From Hydrogenophaga sp. (GTDB lineage: Bacteria; Pseudomonadota; Gammaproteobacteria; Burkholderiales; Burkholderiaceae_C), in NCBI RefSeq assembly GCF_030656115.1, contig NZ_JAUSOO010000037.1:19025-83024 (forward strand): 64,000 bases of DNA, written 5' to 3'. Both the position numbers and the translations under genes were made by a program. Of this stretch, positions 56,668 to 64,000 are shown piece by piece. The notes beneath the pieces were generated by a model that ran no database searches, had not been told where the DNA came from, and was given only the letters and a program-made list of their open reading frames with translations. Position 1 is the stretch's first letter. Each line of letters opens with the position of its first letter.

Positions 56668-58110
56668 ATGAAAAAACTACTTGCAACCCTGTTGTTGGGC
56701 GTGGGCCTGGCCTTTGGCGGCCTGACCGCCGTGGCCCAGACCACGACCGAAGCGCCCGCCGCTGTGGCCGCACCGGCCGATGCGGCGCCTGCTGCCGATG
56801 CAGCCGCACCGGCTGCCGCAGAGACGCCCGCTGTTGAGGCCCCAGCCGCCGCGGTGGCGGCCGAAGAAGAAGCCAAGCCGACCGTGGACAAAGGCGACGT
56901 GGCCTGGATGATGCTCTCCACCCTGCTGGTGGTCATGATGGCGGTTCCCGGCCTGGCCCTGTTCTACGGTGGTCTGGTGCGCAGCAAGAACATGCTGTCG
57001 GTGCTGATGCAGGTGATGGTGGTGTTCTCGCTGATCACCGTGCTGTGGGCCGTTTACGGTTACAGCCTGGCGTTTGGCGGTGAAGGGCTGATCATCGGCA
57101 ACCTCGACAAGGTGTTCCTGATGGGCATCACGATGGATTCGCTGGCCGACACCTTCACCGAAGGCGTGAAGATCCCCGAGTTCATCTTCATTGCCTTCCA
57201 GGCCACGTTTGCCGGCATCACCTGCGCCCTGATCGTGGGTTCGTTCGCCGAACGCATGAAGTTCAGCGCCGTGCTGCTGTTCTCGGCCATCTGGTTCACC
57301 TTCAGCTACCTGCCAATCGCCCACATGGTGTGGGGTGCCGGTGGTTACTTGCTGGACAAAGGCGCGCTGGACTTCGCTGGCGGCACCGTGGTGCACATCA
57401 ACGCGGCCATGGCCGGCCTGGTGGGTGCCTACATGCTGGGCAAGCGCATTGGCTACGGCAAGGAATCGATGGCGCCTCACAGCCTGACGCTGACCATGGT
57501 CGGTGCCTCGCTGCTGTGGGTGGGCTGGTTCGGTTTCAACGCCGGTTCCAACCTGGAATCCAACGGTGGTGCCACCCTGGCCTTCATCAACACCCTGGTG
57601 GCCACGGCTGCTGCGGTGCTGGCCTGGTCGGTCGGTGAAGCGCTGGGCAAGGGCAAAGCGTCCATGCTGGGTGCGGCTTCGGGTGCGGTGGCTGGCCTGG
57701 TGGCCATCACCCCGGCCTGCGGTTCGGTGGGCCCCATGGGCGCCATCATCATCGGCCTGATCTCTGGCTTCCTGTGCCTGTGGGGCGTGTCGGGTCTGAA
57801 GAAGATGCTGGGTGCTGACGACTCGCTGGACGTGTTCGGTGTGCACGGTGTGGGCGGTATCGTGGGTGCCATTCTGGTGGGTGTCTTTGCAGCACCGTCC
57901 CTGGGCGGTACGGGCGCCGAAGACTTCTCCATCGGTAGCCAGGTTCTGATCCAGGCCGAAGGCGTGGTCATCACCATGGTGTGGTCGGCTGTGGTGGCTT
58001 TCGTGGCCTACAAAATTGTGGACATGATGATCGGTCTGCGTGTGTCGGAAGAAGCCGAGCGCGAAGGTCTGGACATCACCTCCCACGGCGAAACGGCCTA
58101 CAACCGTTAA
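56668..58110 (+). CDS. amtB: Ammonium transporter
   Basis: ALFYGGLVRSKN, DFAGGTVVHINA, WFGFNAGS, DDSLDVFGVHG. Confidence 0.97.
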   Translation: MKKLLATLLLGVGLAFGGLTAVAQTTTEAPAAVAAPADAAPAADAAAPAAAETPAVEAPAAAVAAEEEAKPTVDKGDVAWMMLSTLLVVMMAVPGLALFYGGLVRSKNMLSVLMQVMVVFSLITVLWAVYGYSLAFGGEGLIIGNLDKVFLMGITMDSLADTFTEGVKIPEFIFIAFQATFAGITCALIVGSFAERMKFSAVLLFSAIWFTFSYLPIAHMVWGAGGYLLDKGALDFAGGTVVHINAAMAGLVGAYMLGKRIGYGKESMAPHSLTLTMVGASLLWVGWFGFNAGSNLESNGGATLAFINTLVATAAAVLAWSVGEALGKGKASMLGAASGAVAGLVAITPACGSVGPMGAIIIGLISGFLCLWGVSGLKKMLGADDSLDVFGVHGVGGIVGAILVGVFAAPSLGGTGAEDFSIGSQVLIQAEGVVITMVWSAVVAFVAYKIVDMMIGLRVSEEAEREGLDITSHGETAYNR

Positions 58111-58185
58111 ACGTGTTCCCAGGGGTGCGCCGCGGGCTCAGCCGGTGGTCACCCCGTTGTTTCTGAGTGTCTCCTTTGGATGTTG

Positions 58186-58220
58186 AACCCGCGTTGCCGC
58201 AAGGCACGCGGGTTTTTTTT
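58186..58220 (+). terminator. Intrinsic terminator after amtB
   Basis: AACCCGCGT-TGCCGCAAGGC-ACGCGGGTT followed by a T run. Confidence 0.85.
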
Positions 58221-58307
58221 CAGGGCATGGCGCCGGCGCTGCCGTAAGATGGTTTTCGTCACACACCGTCCAAACCCCACCGGGGGGACGTACCGGAGGA
58301 AACCACC

Positions 58308-58550
58308 GTGAACCATGCTCCCTGCGCCGCGTCCTGCCGGCATTTCTGGATCTCTGTCGCGCTGGGCTGCGCTGCGCTGCCCGTGCTGGCCACCAGCAAC
58401 AGCACCGCCAGAGAAGCCCCGCGCAAGCCCGCCAAGGTCACCTTTATCGACGCCCCGTCCAGCGAAACGCCCGCCGCGCGCAAGCAGCGGCTCAAGCGCG
58501 AATGCAAAGGCCGCCCCAACGCGGGCATGTGCCTGGGCCACACGCGCTGA
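58308..58550 (+). CDS. Small exported hypothetical protein
   Basis: GGAGG RBS, signal-like segment, C-terminal RLKRECKGRPNAGMCLG. Confidence 0.65.
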   Translation: MNHAPCAASCRHFWISVALGCAALPVLATSNSTAREAPRKPAKVTFIDAPSSETPAARKQRLKRECKGRPNAGMCLGHTR

Positions 58551-58658
58551 AGCCAGCCTGAAAGCCCCGCCAACCGCGGGTTTACCCGTTCAGGCGCGTC
58601 GGCATTTGCAGCCCGGTGTGCAAAAAATTCAAAGCCGGTTGAGAGCCCCACCGCTACC

Positions 58659-59795
58659 ATGGCGGCCATGAGCCCCAACCCTTTTGAACACCCCAGCGCC
58701 GTCATCGACCAGGTGCGCGCGGCGGCGGCCGACCGCCGGCCGCTGCGCACCGTCGGCGGCGACACCAAAGCCTTTTATGGCCACCCCACCACCGGCACGC
58801 CGCTGGTCATGTCCAGCTGGTCGGGCATTGTGAGCTTTGAGCCCACCGAGCTGGTGGTGACGGTGCGCGCCGGCACCCCGCTGGCCGAGCTGGAAGCCGT
58901 GCTGGCCGACAAAGGCCAGTGCTTCCCGTTTGAGCCGCCGCACTTTGGTGCGGGTGGCACGGTGGGCGGCATGGTGGCCGCCGGCCTGGCGGGCCCGGCC
59001 CGCGCCTGTGTGGGCAGTGTGCGCGACTTCGTGCTGGGCGCGCAATTCATCAACGGCCGGGGTGAACTGCTCACCTTTGGTGGGCAGGTCATGAAAAACG
59101 TGGCGGGTTACGACGTCAGCCGTGTCATGGCCGGATCGCTGGGTACGTTGGGTGTGCTGACCGAGCTCAGTCTGAAGGTGCTGCCGGTGGCCCCGGCCGA
59201 AGCCACGCTGGTGTTTGAACTCGGCCAGGCCGACGCGCTGGAGCAACTGCACCGCTGGGGCGGCCAGCCCTTGCCCATCAATGCCTCCTGTTGGGTGCGC
59301 GACGACACCGCGCCCGGCGCACCCGAGCTGCTGTTTGTGCGCCTGCGCGGCGCGGTGGCTGCCGTGGAAGCGGCCTGCACCCGCATGACCCAGGAAGCCG
59401 GCGGCCGCCGCATGGACAACGCCCAGGCCGGCCCTGACTGGACCGCCTGCCGCAACCAGACCTTGCCGTTTTTCACGCCACCGGCCCAGGACCTGTGCCT
59501 GTGCCTGTGGCGCCTGTCGCTGCCGCAAACCGCACCGGTACTGGCGCTGCCTTATGCCCAGCTGGTGGAATGGCAAGGCGCCCAGCGCTGGTTGTGGGCA
59601 CCCGCGTCCGCCGCCACCGAACTGCGTGCTGCAGCCGCTGCGGTCAACGGCCACGCCACCCTGTTCCGCGCAGGCGCCGACGGCGCACCCGGCGTGCCCC
59701 GCTTCAGCCGCCAAACCCCGGCCATTGAAACCATCACCCAGCGCCTGCGCCAGCAATTCGACCCGGCAGGCATCTTCAACCCCGGCAGAACATAA
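58659..59795 (+). CDS. glcE: Glycolate oxidase FAD-binding subunit
   Basis: EPTELVVTVRAGTPL, PFEPPHF, GGQVMKNVAGYDVSR, FDPAGIFNPGR. Confidence 0.95.
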   Translation: MAAMSPNPFEHPSAVIDQVRAAAADRRPLRTVGGDTKAFYGHPTTGTPLVMSSWSGIVSFEPTELVVTVRAGTPLAELEAVLADKGQCFPFEPPHFGAGGTVGGMVAAGLAGPARACVGSVRDFVLGAQFINGRGELLTFGGQVMKNVAGYDVSRVMAGSLGTLGVLTELSLKVLPVAPAEATLVFELGQADALEQLHRWGGQPLPINASCWVRDDTAPGAPELLFVRLRGAVAAVEAACTRMTQEAGGRRMDNAQAGPDWTACRNQTLPFFTPPAQDLCLCLWRLSLPQTAPVLALPYAQLVEWQGAQRWLWAPASAATELRAAAAAVNGHATLFRAGADGAPGVPRFSRQTPAIETITQRLRQQFDPAGIFNPGRT

Positions 59796-59868
59796 GCCCC
59801 CATGCTCCGCCGTTGCGCGGGTTGCGGCCTCCAAGGAGGTGCAACCCCAGCGTGGGACGGCCCGGCGC
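59796..59868. repeat. Intercistronic structured repeat element, copy 2
   Basis: CCTCCAAGGAGG hairpin and TGGGACGGCCCGGCGC tail; related to 31889-31991. Confidence 0.55.
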
Positions 59869-59892
59869 CAGGTTTTTTTGAGCTGAACACAC

Positions 59893-61122
59893 ATGCAAAC
59901 CAACCTCTCCCCCGAATACCAGGCCCGTGCCGATGGACGTGCCGCCGAGGCGATTTTGCGCAAGTGCGTGCACTGCGGTTTTTGCACCGCCACCTGCCCC
60001 ACCTACCAGCTGCTGGGCGACGAGCTGGACGGCCCGCGTGGGCGCATCTACCTGATGAAGCAGGTGCTGGAAGGCGCCGAGCCCACGCGCAAAACCCAGA
60101 TGCATCTGGACCGGTGCCTGACCTGCCGCAACTGCGAAAGCACCTGCCCCAGCGGCGTGGACTATGGCCACCTGATCGACATTGGCCGCAAACTGGTGGA
60201 CGAAAAAGTGCCGCGCCCGGCGGGCGAGCAAGCGGTGCGCTGGCTGCTGAAAGAAGGTCTGCCATCGCCGCTGTTTGGGCCCGCCATGAAGCTCGGTCAG
60301 ATGGTGCGACCGCTGATGCCTGCGGCGCTGAAAAACAAGGTGCCTGCCAAGCAAAACGCTGGGCGCTGGCCCACGCAAACGCACGCACGCAAGGTGCTGA
60401 TGCTGGCGGGCTGCGTGCAGCCGGCCATGATGCCCAACATCAACAGCGCCACCGCCCGCGTGTTGGACGCGGCCGGCATCCAGACCGTGATCGCGCCCAA
60501 GGCGGGTTGCTGCGGTGCGGTGAAGTTCCACCTGAACGACCAGGACGGAGGACGCGCCGAGATGCGCGCCAACATCGACGCCTGGTGGCCGCTGATCGAG
60601 GGCGGTGTGGAGGCCATCGTCATGAACGCCTCGGGCTGTGGCGTCACGGTGAAGGAATACGGCCACATCCTGGCCGACGACCCGGCCTATGCCGCGAAGG
60701 CGGCCCGCATCAGCGGCTTGACGAAAGACCTGAGCGAGCTGCTGCCGGCCCTGGTGCCGGTGCTCAAGCCCAAGCTGGCCCGCCAGCCCGATGCGAACAA
60801 GGTGATCGGCTTTCACCCGCCCTGCACGCTGCAGCACGGGCAACAGCTCAAGGGCGGCGTTGAGCAGCACCTGGCCGCGCTGGGCTTCACGGTGCAGGTG
60901 GCCAAAAACGAAGCGCATCTGTGTTGCGGCTCGGCCGGCACGTATTCGGTGCTCAACCCCACACTGTCGTACCAGCTGCGCGACCGCAAGCTCGGCCACT
61001 TGAGCGAACTCAAGCCCGCCGTGATCACCAGCGCCAACATCGGCTGCATCACCCACCTGCAAAGCGGCACCGAGACGCCGGTGCGGCACTGGGTGGAAAT
61101 TCTGGACGACGCACTGGCCTGA
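59893..61122 (+). CDS. glcF: Glycolate oxidase iron-sulfur subunit
   Basis: CVHCGFCTATCPTY, CLTCRNCESTCPSG, CCG motifs. Confidence 0.95.
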   Translation: MQTNLSPEYQARADGRAAEAILRKCVHCGFCTATCPTYQLLGDELDGPRGRIYLMKQVLEGAEPTRKTQMHLDRCLTCRNCESTCPSGVDYGHLIDIGRKLVDEKVPRPAGEQAVRWLLKEGLPSPLFGPAMKLGQMVRPLMPAALKNKVPAKQNAGRWPTQTHARKVLMLAGCVQPAMMPNINSATARVLDAAGIQTVIAPKAGCCGAVKFHLNDQDGGRAEMRANIDAWWPLIEGGVEAIVMNASGCGVTVKEYGHILADDPAYAAKAARISGLTKDLSELLPALVPVLKPKLARQPDANKVIGFHPPCTLQHGQQLKGGVEQHLAALGFTVQVAKNEAHLCCGSAGTYSVLNPTLSYQLRDRKLGHLSELKPAVITSANIGCITHLQSGTETPVRHWVEILDDALA

Positions 61123-61276
61123 CATCCAGCGGGATTTGTCCACATCGGTGCGCTTTTCTGGGCATTCGTGTGGTCGGTCGGGTCGCTTTGTCTTCCGGGC
61201 GCGCTAAGCTGCGCCCAGCGGAGCCACCGGCGTCTGGCCTCGCGCTTCCTGTACCCGACGCCATTGGAGAGTTCAC

Positions 61277-61687
61277 ATGGGTTTTTTCAGCAACATTTTG
61301 GAGAAGCTGGGCATGAAAGAGGCGGCTGCGGCACCGGTGATCACGCCGCCCCCTGCCGCCGCATCACCCGCCCCCGAGCCCGCTCCGGTGGCTGCGGCCC
61401 CTGCTGAGCCGGTGGTACAACCCATTGCCATGGTGGACGTGGTCGCGCTGCTCACCGAGAAGGCTGCCAAGCACCCGGAAAAGCTCAACTGGAAAACCTC
61501 CATCGTCGACCTGCTCAAGCTGCTGGGCCTGGACAGCAGCCTGGCCGCGCGCAAGGAGCTGGCCAAAGAGCTGTATTGCCCCGACGACAAAATGGCCGAC
61601 TCTGCCCAGATGAACATGTGGCTGCACAAGCAGGTGCTGGGCCACATCGCCGCCAACGGCGGCAACATCCCCAAAGAGCTGCTCTGA
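61277..61687 (+). CDS. DUF3597 family protein
   Basis: LNWKTSIVDLLKLLGLDSSLAARKELAKEL...DSAQMNMWLHK. Confidence 0.9.
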   Translation: MGFFSNILEKLGMKEAAAAPVITPPPAAASPAPEPAPVAAAPAEPVVQPIAMVDVVALLTEKAAKHPEKLNWKTSIVDLLKLLGLDSSLAARKELAKELYCPDDKMADSAQMNMWLHKQVLGHIAANGGNIPKELL

Positions 61688-61700
61688 CCGGCGCAGACCG

Positions 61701-62075
61701 ATGATCCCCGCGCTCGCCACCCTGCTTGTTTTTCAGCTGCTCGGCGAGGCGCTGGTTTTTACGCTCGCCGCGCCCGTGCCCGGCCCGGTGGTCGGTTTGG
61801 CGCTGCTGTTGTTGGTGCTGGTGCTGAAGCCGGCCTGGCTGCAGGCCATCAGGCCCACGGCACAAACGCTGTTGCAACACCTGTCGCTCCTGTTTGTGCC
61901 GGCGGGTGTCGGCGTCATGCTGCACTTGCAGCGCCTGGGCGACGAGGCGCTGGCCATTGGCGTGGCGCTGGTGCTGAGCACGCTGGTGGGCCTGGCCAGT
62001 GCCGCGCTCACCATGGCCTGGCTCATGCAACGCGTGGCGCGCCCGCCCCAGCCGGTTGACGGAGAGCCGCCATGA
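61701..62075 (+). CDS. CidA/LrgA family protein
   Basis: FQLLGE...PGPVVGL...LSLLFVPAGVGV. Confidence 0.9.
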   Translation: MIPALATLLVFQLLGEALVFTLAAPVPGPVVGLALLLLVLVLKPAWLQAIRPTAQTLLQHLSLLFVPAGVGVMLHLQRLGDEALAIGVALVLSTLVGLASAALTMAWLMQRVARPPQPVDGEPP

Positions 62076-62821
62076 ACCCGGTGTTGCCGGCCGCTGCCGA
62101 GCGCCTGGCCGATGTCTGGGTTTACCTCGCCACCACACCGCTGCTGGGCCTGACGGTGACGCTGCTGGTGTACCAGGGTGCCTTCATGCTCTACCAGCGC
62201 AGCGGTTTTCACCCGCTGGCCAACCCGGTGGCCATGGCCGTGGTGGCGCTGGGCACTTTGCTGTGGGCCACCGGCACGCCCTACGCGACGTACTTTGAGG
62301 GCGCACAATTCGTCCACTTTCTGCTGGGTCCGGCCACGGTGGCGCTGGCGGCGCCGCTGTTTGAACAGCTGCCGCGCCTGAAACGCCTGTGGCTGCCCAT
62401 GCTGGGTGCCTTGGTCGTGGGCACGCTGGCGGCCACGGTCACGGCCATTGGGGTGGGCTGGGCGCTCGGTGCGTCCAAAGCCACACTGGCATCGCTGGCG
62501 CCCAAGTCGGTCACCACACCGGTGGCCATGGGCATTGCCGAAAAAATGGGGGGGCTGCCCTCGCTCACCGCCGTGCTGGTGGTGTGCACCGGCATTGTGG
62601 GTGCGGCCAGCGCCCGCTTTTTGTTCGATGCCTTGCGCATCACCGACCCCACCGTGCGCGGCTTTGCGCTGGGCACCGCCGCCCACGGCATTGGCACCGC
62701 GCGGGCGTTTCAGGTGAGCCAGGAAATGGGCGCTTTCGCGGGCCTGGCCATGGGCTTGAGCGCGCTGTTCAGTGCGCTGGCCTTGCCGCTGGTGGCGGGG
62801 CTGTTGCTGCGCTGGGTCTGA
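62072..62821 (+). CDS. LrgB family protein
   Basis: LLGPATVALA, LAPKSVTTPVAM, GTAAHGIGTARA. Confidence 0.92.
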   Translation: MNPVLPAAAERLADVWVYLATTPLLGLTVTLLVYQGAFMLYQRSGFHPLANPVAMAVVALGTLLWATGTPYATYFEGAQFVHFLLGPATVALAAPLFEQLPRLKRLWLPMLGALVVGTLAATVTAIGVGWALGASKATLASLAPKSVTTPVAMGIAEKMGGLPSLTAVLVVCTGIVGAASARFLFDALRITDPTVRGFALGTAAHGIGTARAFQVSQEMGAFAGLAMGLSALFSALALPLVAGLLLRWV

Positions 62822-62920
62822 CCGCCACGGGGTTCATGCGCCCCGCAGGCCTCCACCGCCGACTGGCGGCGTTGCGCCTCCTTGCCAGCCTTTCGTCGGG
62901 GAAGGCCCTGGTGGGTGGGG

Positions 62921-63655
62921 TCAATAGTCGCTGTTCTGCCTTGCACTGGAAGGCAACAGACCCAGCGAGGCGGCCTTGAACACCGCCTCGGCCCGTGTTG
63001 TCACGTCCAGTATTTTGAAGGCTGCCGTGACATGCGTTTTGACGGTGCTTTCGGCCAGAAACAACTCGGAGGCAATGAGCCGGTTCGATTTGCCCTGCGC
63101 AACCATCAGCAGGCAGTCGATCTGGCGTTTGGACAACTGGCGAAGTGGTGCCCCGGTTTCGCTATCGGGACCGTCAGCCAGCGCGGGGCTGCTCTGCTGA
63201 AAATCGGCATGCTCGCCCACGAAGGCCATTGCGTTGTGCTCGCGGGTCCGTGCGTGTGTGGGTACGTACCGGAGGGCGAAGGTGGGCACATAGATGCCAC
63301 CGGCCAGAATGGTGCGCAGGGCATGGAGCAAGGTCTCCACATCCACCGCTTTGGGCACAAAGCCAGCCGCCCCTCGGGCGATGAGTTGGTGCACCAGTTG
63401 CGGGCTGTCTTCGCCCGACACCATGACGATGGTGGCGTCTGTGTGGGCTTTGCGCATGCGCTCCAGTCCGTTGGCGGAGTGGCTTTCTCTGGGAAAACTG
63501 TAGTCCAGCAAAATCAGATCGAAAGGGCCTGGCTTCGCCACTGCGCCGGCCAGGGTGCTGGCGGTTTCGCAGGCCATGCCGGGGTGCAGGTCTTCCAGCA
63601 GGAATTTCAGGCTTTGACCAAACAGGGTCTGGTCATCAACGATGAGTGTTCGCAT
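62921..63655 (-). CDS. NarL/LuxR family response regulator
   Basis: TLIVDD...ILLDY...FVPK receiver; LSKRQ...GKSNRLIASELFLAESTVKTHV HTH. Confidence 0.92.
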   Translation of the reverse strand: MRTLIVDDQTLFGQSLKFLLEDLHPGMACETASTLAGAVAKPGPFDLILLDYSFPRESHSANGLERMRKAHTDATIVMVSGEDSPQLVHQLIARGAAGFVPKAVDVETLLHALRTILAGGIYVPTFALRYVPTHARTREHNAMAFVGEHADFQQSSPALADGPDSETGAPLRQLSKRQIDCLLMVAQGKSNRLIASELFLAESTVKTHVTAAFKILDVTTRAEAVFKAASLGLLPSSARQNSDY

Positions 63656-63682
63656 GGTTCAGTCTAAAGAACAAGACGCTCG

Positions 63683-64000
63683 TCAAACTGACGCACCCGC
63701 ACCGTATTTTCCAGCATCCTGGTCCGGCTCATCTGGATCGGCAAACGCCAAGGCAACCGCCTGGAATTCGCTTTGCACACGGAGGAATGCCGCCACCACA
63801 TCGGGATCGAAATGGCTGGCGCTGCCCGCTTCAATCATGTGCACCGCCTGCGTGTGGGAGAACGGGGGTTTGTAGACGCGGCGGCTGATGAGCGCGTCGT
63901 ACACATCGGCCAGTGCCATGAGGCGGGCGGCAATCGGAATGGCATCGCCAGCCAGCCCCTGCGGGTAGCCGCTGCCGTCCCACTTTTCCTGGTGTGAATA
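63683..64000 (-). CDS. HD-GYP phosphodiesterase domain protein (3' end, partial)
   Basis: [35 protein letters not shown]...HFDPDVV. Confidence 0.88.
   Translation of the reverse strand, partial: YSHQEKWDGSGYPQGLAGDAIPIAARLMALADVYDALISRRVYKPPFSHTQAVHMIEAGSASHFDPDVVAAFLRVQSEFQAVALAFADPDEPDQDAGKYGAGASV

Overview
A GC-rich betaproteobacterial chromosomal window whose gene content and repeats suggest Comamonadaceae, Hydrogenophaga-like (inference). I found no rRNA, tRNA or CRISPR array. Layout: (1) 1-1200, an atypical segment plus a truncated, frameshifted allophanate hydrolase remnant; (2) GMC oxidoreductase, DUF2007, LysR and a GGDEF protein; (3) about 6.6-28.6 kb, a stress/envelope cluster (two OmpA proteins, DUF4398, fatty-acid hydroxylase, CsbD, two Crp/Fnr regulators, hemerythrin-like protein, a 2893-aa cyclic beta-1,2-glucan synthase, glycine-zipper lipoproteins, SDR, hybrid kinase plus regulator, DUF883, BON); (4) MpaA-like peptidase and a NicX-like dioxygenase / hydrolase / acyl-CoA dehydrogenase-like / flavin reductase / MarR cluster; (5) about 35.3-39.6 kb, a foreign-looking islet with a tyrosine-recombinase remnant, a CoiA-like nuclease gene pair and a PIN/RHH toxin-antitoxin pair whose toxin appears internally deleted; (6) AI-2E, P-loop ATPase, DMT and an acetoacetate-CoA ligase carrying an in-frame REP; (7) a four-gene Roadblock/small-GTPase operon; (8) mostly core genes (rutG-like, comM, glnK-amtB, glcEF, cidA-lrgB, LuxR and HD-GYP regulators). 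The best new signal is in block 3: nine copies of a palindromic Crp-type box (TGT[GTA]CG-N4-CG[CA]ACA, then GACGC, then in most cases a -10-like hexamer 17-18 nt further on) sit upstream of nearly every transcription unit, including one of the Crp/Fnr genes. This points to a self-contained Crp/Fnr-driven general-stress regulon.
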